From Pseudomonas phage Baskent_P6, in sequence record PQ415074.1: DNA of 64,000 bases; one strand, given 5' to 3'. The notes under the pieces were generated by a model, which saw nothing but the letters and a program-made list of their open reading frames with translations, made no database searches and was not told the origin of the DNA. Positions 30,401-39,661 of the stretch are shown here, piece by piece. Numbering within the stretch: position 1 is the stretch's first letter; each line of letters starts with the position of its first letter. The translations under genes were made by a program, and so were the position numbers.

Positions 30401-33400
30401 ATACTTCACCCCCGGCAACGTGGTGCGAGGTTACGGCGCCAACTACGACAGGGTTATCAGCTACAACCCGACCGAATCGGGAAGCTGGACCGTCACGGTG
30501 CGCAGTGTACGCAAGGAAGGCGACACCTGGGTGGATGTCCCGGGCGAGAGCGAGCGCACTCACATGACGGCGCCGGATGCGCGCGACATGAAGCGCGGCC
30601 CGGCCGGCCGTATCGCAACACAGGGGGCGCCAACCACCGATGAGTTCCCCTTGAAGGAAGCCGCCGCCAGCTACTCCGGTATCTCGAACAGCAGCAGCCA
30701 GCGAGCGAAGTCCGATGCGGATGAGTTCCAGACCTACATCGACGTGGCCCGCGACGCGGGCGCTGTCGTGGCGCGCACCGATGCTCAGCAGGCGGCCGTG
30801 GAGCAAGCCACACGAGAGTTGCGCGCCGATTACCTGGCCCAGTACCGACGCCTGATGAACGTGCGCGCCGGCACCTACAGCGGTTATGTTGTCGGGCGTT
30901 CTGGACTGAACAGCAAGCAGGCGGACAGGCGCAACAGCGCCTACGACCGCGCCATCGACACATTCGTGGCCTGGCAGAAGGCCAATCAGGATCGCGTGCG
31001 CCAGGCGGCCCTGGACGCCCGTACCGACGAGGAAAAGGCGGCAGATCGCCAGGCCGCCGAGCAGGCCCGCGCCGACAAGGCGCAGCGCAAGGAAGACGGG
31101 GACCGCAGCCTGATGCGCAGGATTCTGTCCTGGAAGAAGGGCAGCGAGCCGGTGGCGATCACCAAGGCCGCGCACCTTGCCGGGGTGAACTTCGGCAAGG
31201 ATGGCTACCCGACCAGCATTAAGTTGACGCCGACCGATGGCAGCGTGCTGACCAGCGACAAGTTCGACCTGGCGGCGCTGTTCCGTGAGCGCGGCATGAG
31301 CGTGCCGGAGTCGAAACGCCGCGTGCGTGAACTGGTCGATTTCGTGCGCGCCGAGGATGCAGCCCGGCCCCAGTCCGAACCGGCAGAGGCACCCAAGCCC
31401 GAGCCCGCGCAGCCCAGCGATTCTAAAACCCCGACGCTCGATGCGCATGTAGCCCTGATGCAGCGCGCGCGCAGTGGGGAGGCGACCGCCGACGAGTTCC
31501 GCCAGGCATTCGAGCGTACGCAGAACGCCCGCGACGCCCTGGTGGCCGAGCTGGGCACTATGAAGAAGGATGACCTGCTGAAGTCAGGCGGCTACAGCTT
31601 CTTCCACCGCTACCGCAACGAGAAGAAGGCAGCGATTGTCGATGCCCTGGTCGGTCGCGTGCTGGAGGAATTTGCGCTGGGCCGCAGCTACGGCCCGAGC
31701 AGCTACGTGATGTCGGCTGCCGGCCTAGAAGCGCACCGCCAGGCCAAGGCCAGCGCGCTGGCCGAGCTGGTGGCGAACACCACCGACGACGACATCAAGG
31801 CGCACGCCGCCGAGGTCGCCGAGGCGCAGCAGGAAGTCCAGGCTCGCCGGGAAGCGCAGCAGAAGGCTGTCGCCAACCCGCAGACCCTCGCCGAGTTCCG
31901 CCAGGCAGTGAGCTACAACATGGAGACGCACGGGGAGTCCCTGCGGGAGGCGTTCATGCGCCTGACGCCGGAACAGCGTATTCGCTACGACGAACTGGAG
32001 GCCGAGAGCACTAAGGCCCTGCGTGAGCAGGCCAAGGCACAGGCCAAGACCCGCGTAGCCAGCGCCGGGCAGACTACGGCCGGCGACATCATCGAGACGA
32101 AGCACACCAAGCACGGGCATGACCTTTTCGTGGTGCAACTGGCCGAGCGCGTCAGCCGCGAGGACTACGACACCCTGAACAATTCGGCGAAGCGGCTGGG
32201 CGGCAGCTACAGCAGTTACCGTGGGAATGGTGCTGTCCCCGGCTTCCAGTTCCGCACCCGCGAGGCGGCCGAAGCATTCCGCAAGCTGGTGACCGGCGAC
32301 ACCGCCGACGCGCAGGCCGTTGCAGAAGCGCGCCGCGACGCCTTCGAGGATGACCGCAACCAGAGCGCCGCCCAGCGGCTGCGCACCATGGCCCAGGCTC
32401 TCAACGAGCGGGCCGATGATTCCCTGAGCCGCGTACGCAAGCAGAACACCGATCGCCGTGCGCGGATGGCCGCCAGTGCCGAAGCCTCGGCGCGCGCCGA
32501 CAAGGCACTGGCCGCCACCATGAACAACCTGGCTGCCGCCATCGAAGGCGGCAAGGCGAAGTTCCTGGACACCGTGCGGCAGAAAGTGCAAGTGGAGTTC
32601 CTGGCGCGGGAACTGCGCAATGCAAAGGACGCGCAAATTCGAGCGAAGTACCCGACTTATGGCGAGCAGGAGAAACACCGTGGCGAGCCGGTGGACGCCG
32701 AGACGGTGGACTACTCCACATTCCCCAGTTACACCGCCATGCGCTCCGACTTGGCGAGCCTGGCGCGCCAGATGGCGGAAGTGGACGGCCTGAAGAAACT
32801 GGCCGCGCGCCTGGAGAAGGTCGCCGACGATGTGACCGAGGCCTACACCGGCTGGGCCAAGCAGAACCTTCTGTCCGTCAGCCGCTTCACCCGCGGTGAC
32901 CAGTTCGCCGACTTTAAGAGTCGCGAGGATGCTGAGCGTGCCATTCGCCGCTCCGGCCTCACCGGCAAGGCCATCGTGCTTCCGGTGAAACGCGGGCAGA
33001 ACCGCATCGTCATGGCCCCCAGCGAAGCCATGAAGCTGGGCCTCTGGCAGGGCGACGGCGACAAGCGCATCACGCTGTCCGGCGAGTTCGGGGGCGAACT
33101 GGTGCAGGCCCTGGGCCGGCGCAGTGGCAGCAAGATCACCGTTCCGTGGGCGCTGGAGAGTGCGCACGAAAAGCGCAAGCGCCTGGAGAGCATGGGCATC
33201 CTCACCGGCAGCGAGTACCGCTCTGCACTGCGCGAGTTCGTAGCGCTGCGCGAGGCGCCCGCCGAGCCGGATAAGATCAAGCAGATGGAACGGGCGATGA
33301 TCGGTCGTCGCAATGACGGCCTGGACTTCTTCCCAACCTCGGCCGCCGTCACCGAGGAAGCCATCGACGCCGCCGACATCCAGGGAGGCATGGACGTGCT

Positions 33401-36400
33401 GGAGCCTTCCGCCGGCATGGGCCATATGGCCGACGCGATCCGCGAGCAGACCGGCGTGGAGCCCGAAGTGGTGGAGCTTTCCGGAGAACGCCGCGAGTTG
33501 CTGGAGGCCAAGGGCTACAACCTGGTCGGATCCGACTTCATGGAGGTGTCCGGCAAGCAGTACGACCGTATCGTGATGAACCCGCCGTTCTCCAAGGGGC
33601 GCGACATCCAGCACGTACAGCACGCCTACAGCCTGCTGAAGCCCGGCGGCCGCCTGGTTGCCATCATGAGCGAAGGCGCCTTCTTCCAGAGCAACAAGGC
33701 CGCCGAGAACTTCCGTGCCTGGCTGGACGGCCTGGGTGCCACCAGTGAACGGCTGCCGGAAGGTTCGTTTATGGACCCAGCGCTATCCGTCAATACCGGC
33801 GTGAACGCGCGCATGGTGGTGATCGACAAGCCGGCAGCCGAAGAGTCGGCAGCGCCGCAGCCCGGCGAACAACCGCCTGTGCAGTACTCGTTCACCGGAC
33901 GCAATGCCGTCGGCGCCAACCTGCATGCCCTGAGCACCGCGCAGCAGCGCATCGCCATGGGCGAAAACGCCGAGGCCGTTCGTCGAGATACCGGCTGGCA
34001 CCGCGGCACTGATGGCAAGTGGCGCTTCGAAATCAGCGATCATCAGGCCAGCATCGCCGTGGCCGGTGAGACTGCTGGCGCCATCATCGATATGGCCCAC
34101 CTCAATGCCATCAACGACGAGCGTAGTCGACCGACTGTAGGCGATGTGCTCAGCCATCCTCAACTGTTCGCTGCATATCCTGACCTGCAGCGTATCCCGG
34201 TGGCAGTGATGCCAGAGGGCGTCACTGCGCTGGCTCGCCTACGCCGGTTCGCCACTGGTAACCAAGTTGAGGTTCAGGCGAACATGCCGCGCACCGAGGT
34301 TGCCTCGGCGATCCTGCACGAACTCCAGCATGCGATACAGATCCGGGAAGGTTTCGCCATGGGTGGCTCGGCCAGGGCTTTCGTCAGCAACTTCGACAAG
34401 ACTGGTGCGGCGACCTATCGTCGTTTGGCTGGAGAGGTGGAGGCGCGCAACACGCAGGCTCGTCTGAAAATGACGCCGCGCCTGCGCCGGGACATTGCAC
34501 CCGATGAGTCGGCGGACATCCCTGCAAGTCAGGTGCTGGTGTCGTTCAATGGCCGCGACATCGAGAATGGCCCGTTGCCGCAGAACCTGACGGGGCGTCC
34601 GCCGATGACCTCGCACAGCCTGGTGCGTGCTTTCGACCTGCAGTTCCCAGCCCTGGGCCAGGCTGTGCGCAAGATGCTGAAGCGCGGCAAGGAAGGACAA
34701 CGGGGCGGCTTGGTGGTGATCGACAGCGCCGACCCGTTGCGCATCGCGCACACCTACGCGCGGAAATCCGGTACCGCACTGAGCGATGCCGTTCAACTGT
34801 TTGAGGATGGCGAGCGCATCAATGGCTTCTACGATGCCAGATCAGGTCTAACTTTTCTGGTCGGCCCGAACCTGAATCCGGTAACCGCCCCGGCCGTGGT
34901 GCTTCACGAAATGGTTCACGGCCAGCAGCGACAGAATCTCGACCAGGCTGCCCACGCCATGCTGATGAATCGCGGCAACGTGCGGAGCGCCGAACTGCGC
35001 ACCTTCCTGGACCGTGTGGCCAGCCGCATGATCGAGTCCGGCGAGAGCCGCAACATGAAGGAGGCCGCTCCGTATATCGTGGAGCAGGCTGTTATTGAAG
35101 GGCGAGAGCAGGGATTCGCCGAGGCTGATAGCCGGTTCCTGTCCTGGGTAGACAGTGCGCTGGGCAAGCAGGTGGGTGACTTCCTGCGTAGGTTCCTGGC
35201 CAACATCCGTCAGTGGATGCTGCGCCACGGTCTGCCGGTTGGCCGCATCAGCGTGGACGATCTGGTGCGATATGCGATGGCTGGTGTGGAAAGCGCCGCC
35301 GAAGGCCGGGTACGGGGCGACGGCCTAGCCATGAGCCAGGACGACATGCGAAAGGCGCGCGTGCTGCAAGGCCCGCCGGTGGCCATCCTGGAGGGGAATG
35401 AAGCACCACAGGGCTTCGCTGCGGTTCGCGAGTGGGCGGCGAAGCTATTCGAGTCTCAAGGTGGCAAGGCAGTGAACCCGGACCTGGGCGACGTGGTGCT
35501 GGATATGCGCGCTGTGCGCGACTCGATGGCGCATGGCAAGGCCAACCCATACAAGTTCTCGGCGTTCGCGGCCGTCAAGGACGTGCTGGAGCGAGGTGTG
35601 GTGGTTCACCGCGCGGACTATGAGAAGGGGGAGAGTTTCTACGTGTCGGCGCCGGTGGTGATCGACGATAAGGATGACATCGTGACTGTGTTGGTGCGCC
35701 GCGATCCGAACATGCAGCGCATGTATCTGCATTCGGTGGCCACAAAAGAATATCTCCTGAACCGTCGAGTATCCGGTGCTGATGCCATGATGGCAGCGCA
35801 GCCTTCCGGCTCGTCCAGTTCAGGAGACGTAGCCAGTGTACTCCAGCGGCTGCTGACCGCAAGCCTGAATGAACCCGAAGGTCCGCAGTTCAGTCGCTCC
35901 GGTCTGCGCGAACTCACCAGCAAGGCTACCGCCGAACTGAACAAGACCTTCAGCGCTCCGGGAGGCCTGTCCTGGTGGCACAAGACCATCGGCACCATGT
36001 ACAACCTCGCAGAGCGTTCCCCGGCATTCAAGCCGGTCTTCGAGTCGGCGCAAGGATTTATCGATGACGTGAGCTATTACGCCAGCGATGCGGCTGATCT
36101 GGCGCCGAAACTGCTGCCGAAGCTGGAAACCTGGCGCGACATTGCAAAGTCCCCGGTGGGCGCTGAGGACAACAAGGCGGTGGCCAAGCCGGTATTCGAG
36201 GGCACGCTGATGTGGGCGCGCGACGTGGACGGCAAGCCGGTGCGCGTCGATTCGCTGGCTGAGCGCGCCATGCGTCTGACGGCCGACGAGAAGGCGGACA
36301 TCCTGCTGAAGCAGGGCAAGATTCCCGAGGGACTGCTGCGCGCCTGGCGCGGCCTGAGCCCCGAGCAGTTCGCGAAGATGATCGACAGCCGCTACGAGTC

Positions 36401-38792
36401 GCAGATGCTCAAGGCAGGCATCGTCTGGACCGACGCTGAGCTGCGCGACATGTGGAAGCTCAACGATGCGCAGGTCGCGCTGTACCGCGAGTTCCGCGCC
36501 GCCACCGACCGTAGCCTGGACACCATGGCCCGCGCCGACATGCTGCGCTTCGGCGGCGAGGATGTGAAGGAACTGCGCGACCAGGTGATGGACGCGGCCG
36601 ATGCGCAGGAGGGGGCCGCGATACTGCGCGACCACCTGGCGCAGATGGCTGATGCATGGCCGGAACGCGCCACGAACCTGCTGAACCTGGCACACGGCAT
36701 GACGGATCGCGCCGAGAAGGTCGCCCAGTTGCAGGGCGAGGGCTATGCACCGCTGTCGCGCTTCGGCAAGTACACCGTGGATGTGGTGGACGCGAACGGC
36801 GAGCGCCAGTATTTCAGCCTGTTCGAGACCAAGCGCGAGGCGAACCTGATGGCCGAGCAGATGCGCGGCGCCTTCCCTGGCGCCACCGTCAGTCAGGGCA
36901 CGCTGTCCGAGGAAAGCTACAAGCTATTCGCCGGCATCACCCCGGAAACCCTGGAACTGTTCGGCAACGCCCTGGGCTTCGACTCGGAGGGCGACAGCGC
37001 CCGCGACCAGGCGTTCCAGGAATACCTGCGCCTGACCAAGACCAACCGTTCCGCGATGCGCCGGTTGATCCACCGCAAGGGCATCGCCGGCTACAGCGAG
37101 GACGTGGGCCGCGTGTTGGCATCGTTCATCTACTCCAACTCCCGGCAGACCGCCGCCGGCCTGCACATGGGCAACCTTTCCGAGGCTGTGAACGGCATCC
37201 CACAGGCGCAGGGCGAACTGAAGGACGCCGCGGTACGGCTGGCCGACTACATCAAGAACCCGCAAGAGGAGGGGCAGGCGGTGCGCGGACTGCTGTTTGC
37301 GCAGTACCTCGGCGGGTCCGTCGCGTCAGCCTTCGTCAACATGACCCAGCCGGTCCAAGTGACTTTTCCCTGGTTGAGTCAGTATTGCGGGGTGAAGCGC
37401 GCTGCGGCGGAACTGGGGCGGGCAGCACGACAGATGGCGCAGCGCTCCTATCAGTTCGAACCGGACCTGGCCCGGGCATTAAAGCGCGCAGAGGATGATG
37501 GGGTGGTGTCCCCGCAGGAGGTCCACCAGTTGATGGCGCAGGCCCGCGGCAGCGGCTCGCTGCGCGCCGGGGACGGGACGCGCTTGGGTGATGCTCGAGC
37601 ACTTGCGTCCAACAGCGTGGCGCGCCTGTCGATGGCCTGGGGCAAGTTGTTCGGCGCCGCAGAGCAGATCAACCGCCGCATGACTTACATCGCGTCGTAT
37701 CGCATCGCCAAAGCGCAGAACATGGCCAATCCTGACGAGTTCGCACGCCGGGCCGTGCGCGAGACGCAGTTCGTATACTCCAAGGCCAGCAAGATGCGCT
37801 GGGGGCGTGGTGCCGTCGGCGGCACCTTGATGACCTTCAAGACGTACAGCGTGGCCTATCTTGAGCTGATGCATCGCTTGTGGAATCAGGGTGAGCCTGG
37901 TTCGCAGGAGCGCAAGGACGGTCGGAAGGCTGCTGCCCTGATGATCGGCATGCTGCTGCTCGTCGGCGGCGCCGGTGGCTTGCCGTTCGCCGAAGACGCC
38001 GAAGACCTGATCGACGGTGCGGCGCAACTCATGGGCTACAACTTCTCTACCGCGAAGGCCAAACAGGAGTTTCTGGAAGGTCTGTTTGGTCGGGTGCTTG
38101 CCGACTTCATTGATCGCGGGGTGTCCGGACTGCCTGGTGCTCCGCTCGATGCCTCAGGCCGGCTGGGCATGGGGAACCTGATTCCTGGAACCCGGCTACT
38201 CCAGCCCGCCCCCGCGAATATTCGCGATGTGCTTGAAATAGCTGGCCCCATGGGGGACTTCGCGAATCGCATCCTTGAGGGCGGGAAAAAGATCGCCAGT
38301 GGCGACATCGGTAGCGGGTTGCTGGAAATATCCCCGGGGGCGGTACGAAACGCTGCCAAGGGTGTGGATATGCTCGCCACTGGGATGTACCGAGACACGA
38401 AGGGCTACAAGGTCTTGGATACCAACACGCTTGAGGCCGCGATGAAGATGATCGGTTTCCAGCCTGCCAGTGTGGCGACCATTCAGGAAGCCAACATGCT
38501 CAGTCAGAAGGCGAAGGCCTTCTACAACCTGAAGGCGCAAGAAATCCGCAGTATGTGGGCGGCCGGCATCTTCGAGAAAGACCAGGGCAAGGTTGAGCGC
38601 GCGCGGCAAGCAATAGCCGACTGGAATCGGCGCAACCCTGACCAGCCAATGGCCATCCGAGTGCCAGACATCATGCGACGAGTCCGCGAAATGTCGCTAT
38701 CGAAGGACGAACGGATAGCGAAGACCGCACCGAAAGCGATGCGGCAGCAGATGCGAGAGGATCTGGAGCGCACCCGCGCAGCGCTGGACTGA
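27444..38792 (+). CDS. Giant polyvalent virion protein (3782 aa) with ParB-like nuclease, N6-adenine methyltransferase, two HExxH zincin-like motifs and a PLxRFG-type motif
   Basis: Single uninterrupted ORF. ParB-like domain at about nt 29900..30240 (IPRADMPQIKAEHRG...ILVSREGNVLDGHHQWMAARDNGEEVRVIRLD). Gamma-class N6-adenine MTase at about 33320..33840 (FFPTSAAV; motif I VLEPSAGMGHM; motif IV NPPF at 33587..33598). HELQH at 34316..34330 and HEMVH at 34904..34918. YAPLSRFGKY at 36750..36767. Confidence 0.85.
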   Translation: MADTWGENDKIVDTADFGANDEVVGKGEEGRGVIGHARDLGLSVAKGVIGVPEAAVGLADIPTEGRVGKFLENQDGMLGFRPREAKDFLSDLHTDQYKQQQQDFQDADGVVDKTLHAVQNPSMVVNTVAESLPSMLAGGAVGRGVRALAPALAPVAAGAAGEGAVMAGQQAEQIRQETDDGLLTPAQSGAAVATGVLGSLFSLAGGSLAKKLGIGDADTLLAGGANPGQLVSELASMPAKSIPRKVIEGAISEGFLEELPQSASEQVLQNLALGRDWASGLDEAMVMGTLAGMAMGGPAAVLHGGQPAASRGLADADATFESTPGLEGQTETTAPLALPAPVYEAGSDGQVRTTVDQNSATQAQRQQEAERLDRIRRGEVTDVTPVPAAPKRSEQMGLDPAVGPLSGAAAQAVDSGATDQMVQQAALQQAAEEAQKSGRKGDQVNPETGEITAEQGDLLASDPVTDLQGRLEFVRRQARATGWDAKKIAERDRLQEELDKLAPAPDAGYMQRVGERVKRIEAAQSPDEIAAILAEDQQDEQRHQNAAGRVELAARARGFALDQAAQQQAPTPIGVQDDIQQAQGKADAQQAQAAQPAVSLAPAAESVPAAPATEAKATNLKDAISKVRQAKQKPEQPAALQAVRRGEVGGKLGSGEVVTTSSGRQTTPFPKVSVDSSRKATSTIKAVDQWLMQNALDEARSRGDEFNARQFEANLAKPQRADKDAAEEYLFGQQPAVQPRVLKPLAPKSTATDNSASWVIRNKETGEVIAETFDRKKVDALNTEKYEAVPIQQHLASLNKPKVPSIEGKDIGEGWAEFSKESGTVGIPRADMPQIKAEHRGAMVNFLSARGVQHQEETVPADTLKPTQAEFSRDKVAKAKDFEGGNRSILVSREGNVLDGHHQWMAARDNGEEVRVIRLDAPIRDLVKLAHEFPSSTTDASSGQGATVDARQVRPVPEPAAPDVPKKRPRGVLAKRFQAEAQARAEYFTPGNVVRGYGANYDRVISYNPTESGSWTVTVRSVRKEGDTWVDVPGESERTHMTAPDARDMKRGPAGRIATQGAPTTDEFPLKEAAASYSGISNSSSQRAKSDADEFQTYIDVARDAGAVVARTDAQQAAVEQATRELRADYLAQYRRLMNVRAGTYSGYVVGRSGLNSKQADRRNSAYDRAIDTFVAWQKANQDRVRQAALDARTDEEKAADRQAAEQARADKAQRKEDGDRSLMRRILSWKKGSEPVAITKAAHLAGVNFGKDGYPTSIKLTPTDGSVLTSDKFDLAALFRERGMSVPESKRRVRELVDFVRAEDAARPQSEPAEAPKPEPAQPSDSKTPTLDAHVALMQRARSGEATADEFRQAFERTQNARDALVAELGTMKKDDLLKSGGYSFFHRYRNEKKAAIVDALVGRVLEEFALGRSYGPSSYVMSAAGLEAHRQAKASALAELVANTTDDDIKAHAAEVAEAQQEVQARREAQQKAVANPQTLAEFRQAVSYNMETHGESLREAFMRLTPEQRIRYDELEAESTKALREQAKAQAKTRVASAGQTTAGDIIETKHTKHGHDLFVVQLAERVSREDYDTLNNSAKRLGGSYSSYRGNGAVPGFQFRTREAAEAFRKLVTGDTADAQAVAEARRDAFEDDRNQSAAQRLRTMAQALNERADDSLSRVRKQNTDRRARMAASAEASARADKALAATMNNLAAAIEGGKAKFLDTVRQKVQVEFLARELRNAKDAQIRAKYPTYGEQEKHRGEPVDAETVDYSTFPSYTAMRSDLASLARQMAEVDGLKKLAARLEKVADDVTEAYTGWAKQNLLSVSRFTRGDQFADFKSREDAERAIRRSGLTGKAIVLPVKRGQNRIVMAPSEAMKLGLWQGDGDKRITLSGEFGGELVQALGRRSGSKITVPWALESAHEKRKRLESMGILTGSEYRSALREFVALREAPAEPDKIKQMERAMIGRRNDGLDFFPTSAAVTEEAIDAADIQGGMDVLEPSAGMGHMADAIREQTGVEPEVVELSGERRELLEAKGYNLVGSDFMEVSGKQYDRIVMNPPFSKGRDIQHVQHAYSLLKPGGRLVAIMSEGAFFQSNKAAENFRAWLDGLGATSERLPEGSFMDPALSVNTGVNARMVVIDKPAAEESAAPQPGEQPPVQYSFTGRNAVGANLHALSTAQQRIAMGENAEAVRRDTGWHRGTDGKWRFEISDHQASIAVAGETAGAIIDMAHLNAINDERSRPTVGDVLSHPQLFAAYPDLQRIPVAVMPEGVTALARLRRFATGNQVEVQANMPRTEVASAILHELQHAIQIREGFAMGGSARAFVSNFDKTGAATYRRLAGEVEARNTQARLKMTPRLRRDIAPDESADIPASQVLVSFNGRDIENGPLPQNLTGRPPMTSHSLVRAFDLQFPALGQAVRKMLKRGKEGQRGGLVVIDSADPLRIAHTYARKSGTALSDAVQLFEDGERINGFYDARSGLTFLVGPNLNPVTAPAVVLHEMVHGQQRQNLDQAAHAMLMNRGNVRSAELRTFLDRVASRMIESGESRNMKEAAPYIVEQAVIEGREQGFAEADSRFLSWVDSALGKQVGDFLRRFLANIRQWMLRHGLPVGRISVDDLVRYAMAGVESAAEGRVRGDGLAMSQDDMRKARVLQGPPVAILEGNEAPQGFAAVREWAAKLFESQGGKAVNPDLGDVVLDMRAVRDSMAHGKANPYKFSAFAAVKDVLERGVVVHRADYEKGESFYVSAPVVIDDKDDIVTVLVRRDPNMQRMYLHSVATKEYLLNRRVSGADAMMAAQPSGSSSSGDVASVLQRLLTASLNEPEGPQFSRSGLRELTSKATAELNKTFSAPGGLSWWHKTIGTMYNLAERSPAFKPVFESAQGFIDDVSYYASDAADLAPKLLPKLETWRDIAKSPVGAEDNKAVAKPVFEGTLMWARDVDGKPVRVDSLAERAMRLTADEKADILLKQGKIPEGLLRAWRGLSPEQFAKMIDSRYESQMLKAGIVWTDAELRDMWKLNDAQVALYREFRAATDRSLDTMARADMLRFGGEDVKELRDQVMDAADAQEGAAILRDHLAQMADAWPERATNLLNLAHGMTDRAEKVAQLQGEGYAPLSRFGKYTVDVVDANGERQYFSLFETKREANLMAEQMRGAFPGATVSQGTLSEESYKLFAGITPETLELFGNALGFDSEGDSARDQAFQEYLRLTKTNRSAMRRLIHRKGIAGYSEDVGRVLASFIYSNSRQTAAGLHMGNLSEAVNGIPQAQGELKDAAVRLADYIKNPQEEGQAVRGLLFAQYLGGSVASAFVNMTQPVQVTFPWLSQYCGVKRAAAELGRAARQMAQRSYQFEPDLARALKRAEDDGVVSPQEVHQLMAQARGSGSLRAGDGTRLGDARALASNSVARLSMAWGKLFGAAEQINRRMTYIASYRIAKAQNMANPDEFARRAVRETQFVYSKASKMRWGRGAVGGTLMTFKTYSVAYLELMHRLWNQGEPGSQERKDGRKAAALMIGMLLLVGGAGGLPFAEDAEDLIDGAAQLMGYNFSTAKAKQEFLEGLFGRVLADFIDRGVSGLPGAPLDASGRLGMGNLIPGTRLLQPAPANIRDVLEIAGPMGDFANRILEGGKKIASGDIGSGLLEISPGAVRNAAKGVDMLATGMYRDTKGYKVLDTNTLEAAMKMIGFQPASVATIQEANMLSQKAKAFYNLKAQEIRSMWAAGIFEKDQGKVERARQAIADWNRRNPDQPMAIRVPDIMRRVREMSLSKDERIAKTAPKAMRQQMREDLERTRAALD

Positions 38793-38848
38793 ACCCCCTG
38801 TAAGGATTTGCCGTTCTCTGGCTGTACCGAAAACTACCTGCCCAAGAA

Positions 38849-38873
38849 GCCGGGGCGTGATGCCCCGGCCTTT
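38849..38873 (+). terminator. GC hairpin GCCGGGGC-gtgat-GCCCCGGC followed by CTTT, between the giant ORF and the holin; possible terminator/attenuator
   Basis: Perfect 8-bp inverted repeat read directly; preceded by the motif aaCCCCCTGTAAGGatt (38793..38809). Confidence 0.45.
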
Positions 38874-38886
38874 GGAGGATGGAGTT

Positions 38887-39144
38887 ATGTCGGAGAGGGC
38901 CGGAATGGCGGTAGAGGTGGTGGGCGTTTCGGTGGCCAACAAGACCACGCTGGCTGGCGCCCTTGCGGGCGCGTTGGGCTGGCTGGCGCAGATCAACTGG
39001 GTGGGGCTGATCGGCGTGCTGGTCGCCGTCATCGGCCTGCTGGCCAATATCTATTTCCAGGTTCGCCGCGACCGCCGCGAATCAGCCGAGAGCGCTGCCC
39101 GCATCGAGGCCATCCGGGGGCGTGGCGATGTCGAACAGCCGTAA
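38887..39144 (+). CDS. Holin, possible dual-start (M-S-E-R-A-G-M) holin/antiholin
   Basis: RBS ggaggatggag; hydrophobic spans LAGALAGALGWLAQINWVGLIGVLVAVIGLLANIYF; charged C-terminus; directly upstream of the endolysin. Confidence 0.7.
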   Translation: MSERAGMAVEVVGVSVANKTTLAGALAGALGWLAQINWVGLIGVLVAVIGLLANIYFQVRRDRRESAESAARIEAIRGRGDVEQP

Positions 39145-39661
39145 CCGCGTGCTGGTTGCTGCGCTGACCGTCAGCCTGGCCGGCTTCGGCGCCTGGATGA
39201 AGTCGGAGGATTTCAGCGCGAAACCATACGTGCCAACCAAGGGCGACGTTCCGACCATCGGTTACGGCTCCACCCGCTACGAGAATGGCCAATCGGTGAA
39301 GCTGACCGATCCGCCGATCACCCGCCAGCGCGGCGAACAACTCGCGCGCAACCTGATGGCGAAGGACGAACAGCAGTTCCGCGACTCGTTGCCCGGCGTG
39401 AAGCTGTTCCAGGAGGAGTATGACCTGTACCTGGATTTCACGGGCCAGTTCGGCATCACCAACTGGCGCGGTAGCTCGATGCGCCGCGACTTGCTCGCCG
39501 GCAACTACCAGCAGGCGTGCGACGACCTGCTGAAGTGGCGCAACCAGGCAGGCCGCGACTGCTCGCTGCCGAAGAACTGGGGGCCGAGGGGCTGCAAAGG
39601 CGTGTGGACCAGACAGCAGGAGCGGCATGCGCAATGCATCGCCGTGCAGGTGCCGCAATGA
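39128..39661 (+). CDS. SAR endolysin, GH24 lysozyme family
   Basis: N-terminal weakly hydrophobic Gly/Ala-rich signal-anchor VLVAALTVSLAGFGAW. Catalytic region E..D..T with PTIGYG resembling T4/P21 lysozymes. Overlaps holin 3' end. Confidence 0.8.
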   Translation: MSNSRNRVLVAALTVSLAGFGAWMKSEDFSAKPYVPTKGDVPTIGYGSTRYENGQSVKLTDPPITRQRGEQLARNLMAKDEQQFRDSLPGVKLFQEEYDLYLDFTGQFGITNWRGSSMRRDLLAGNYQQACDDLLKWRNQAGRDCSLPKNWGPRGCKGVWTRQQERHAQCIAVQVPQ

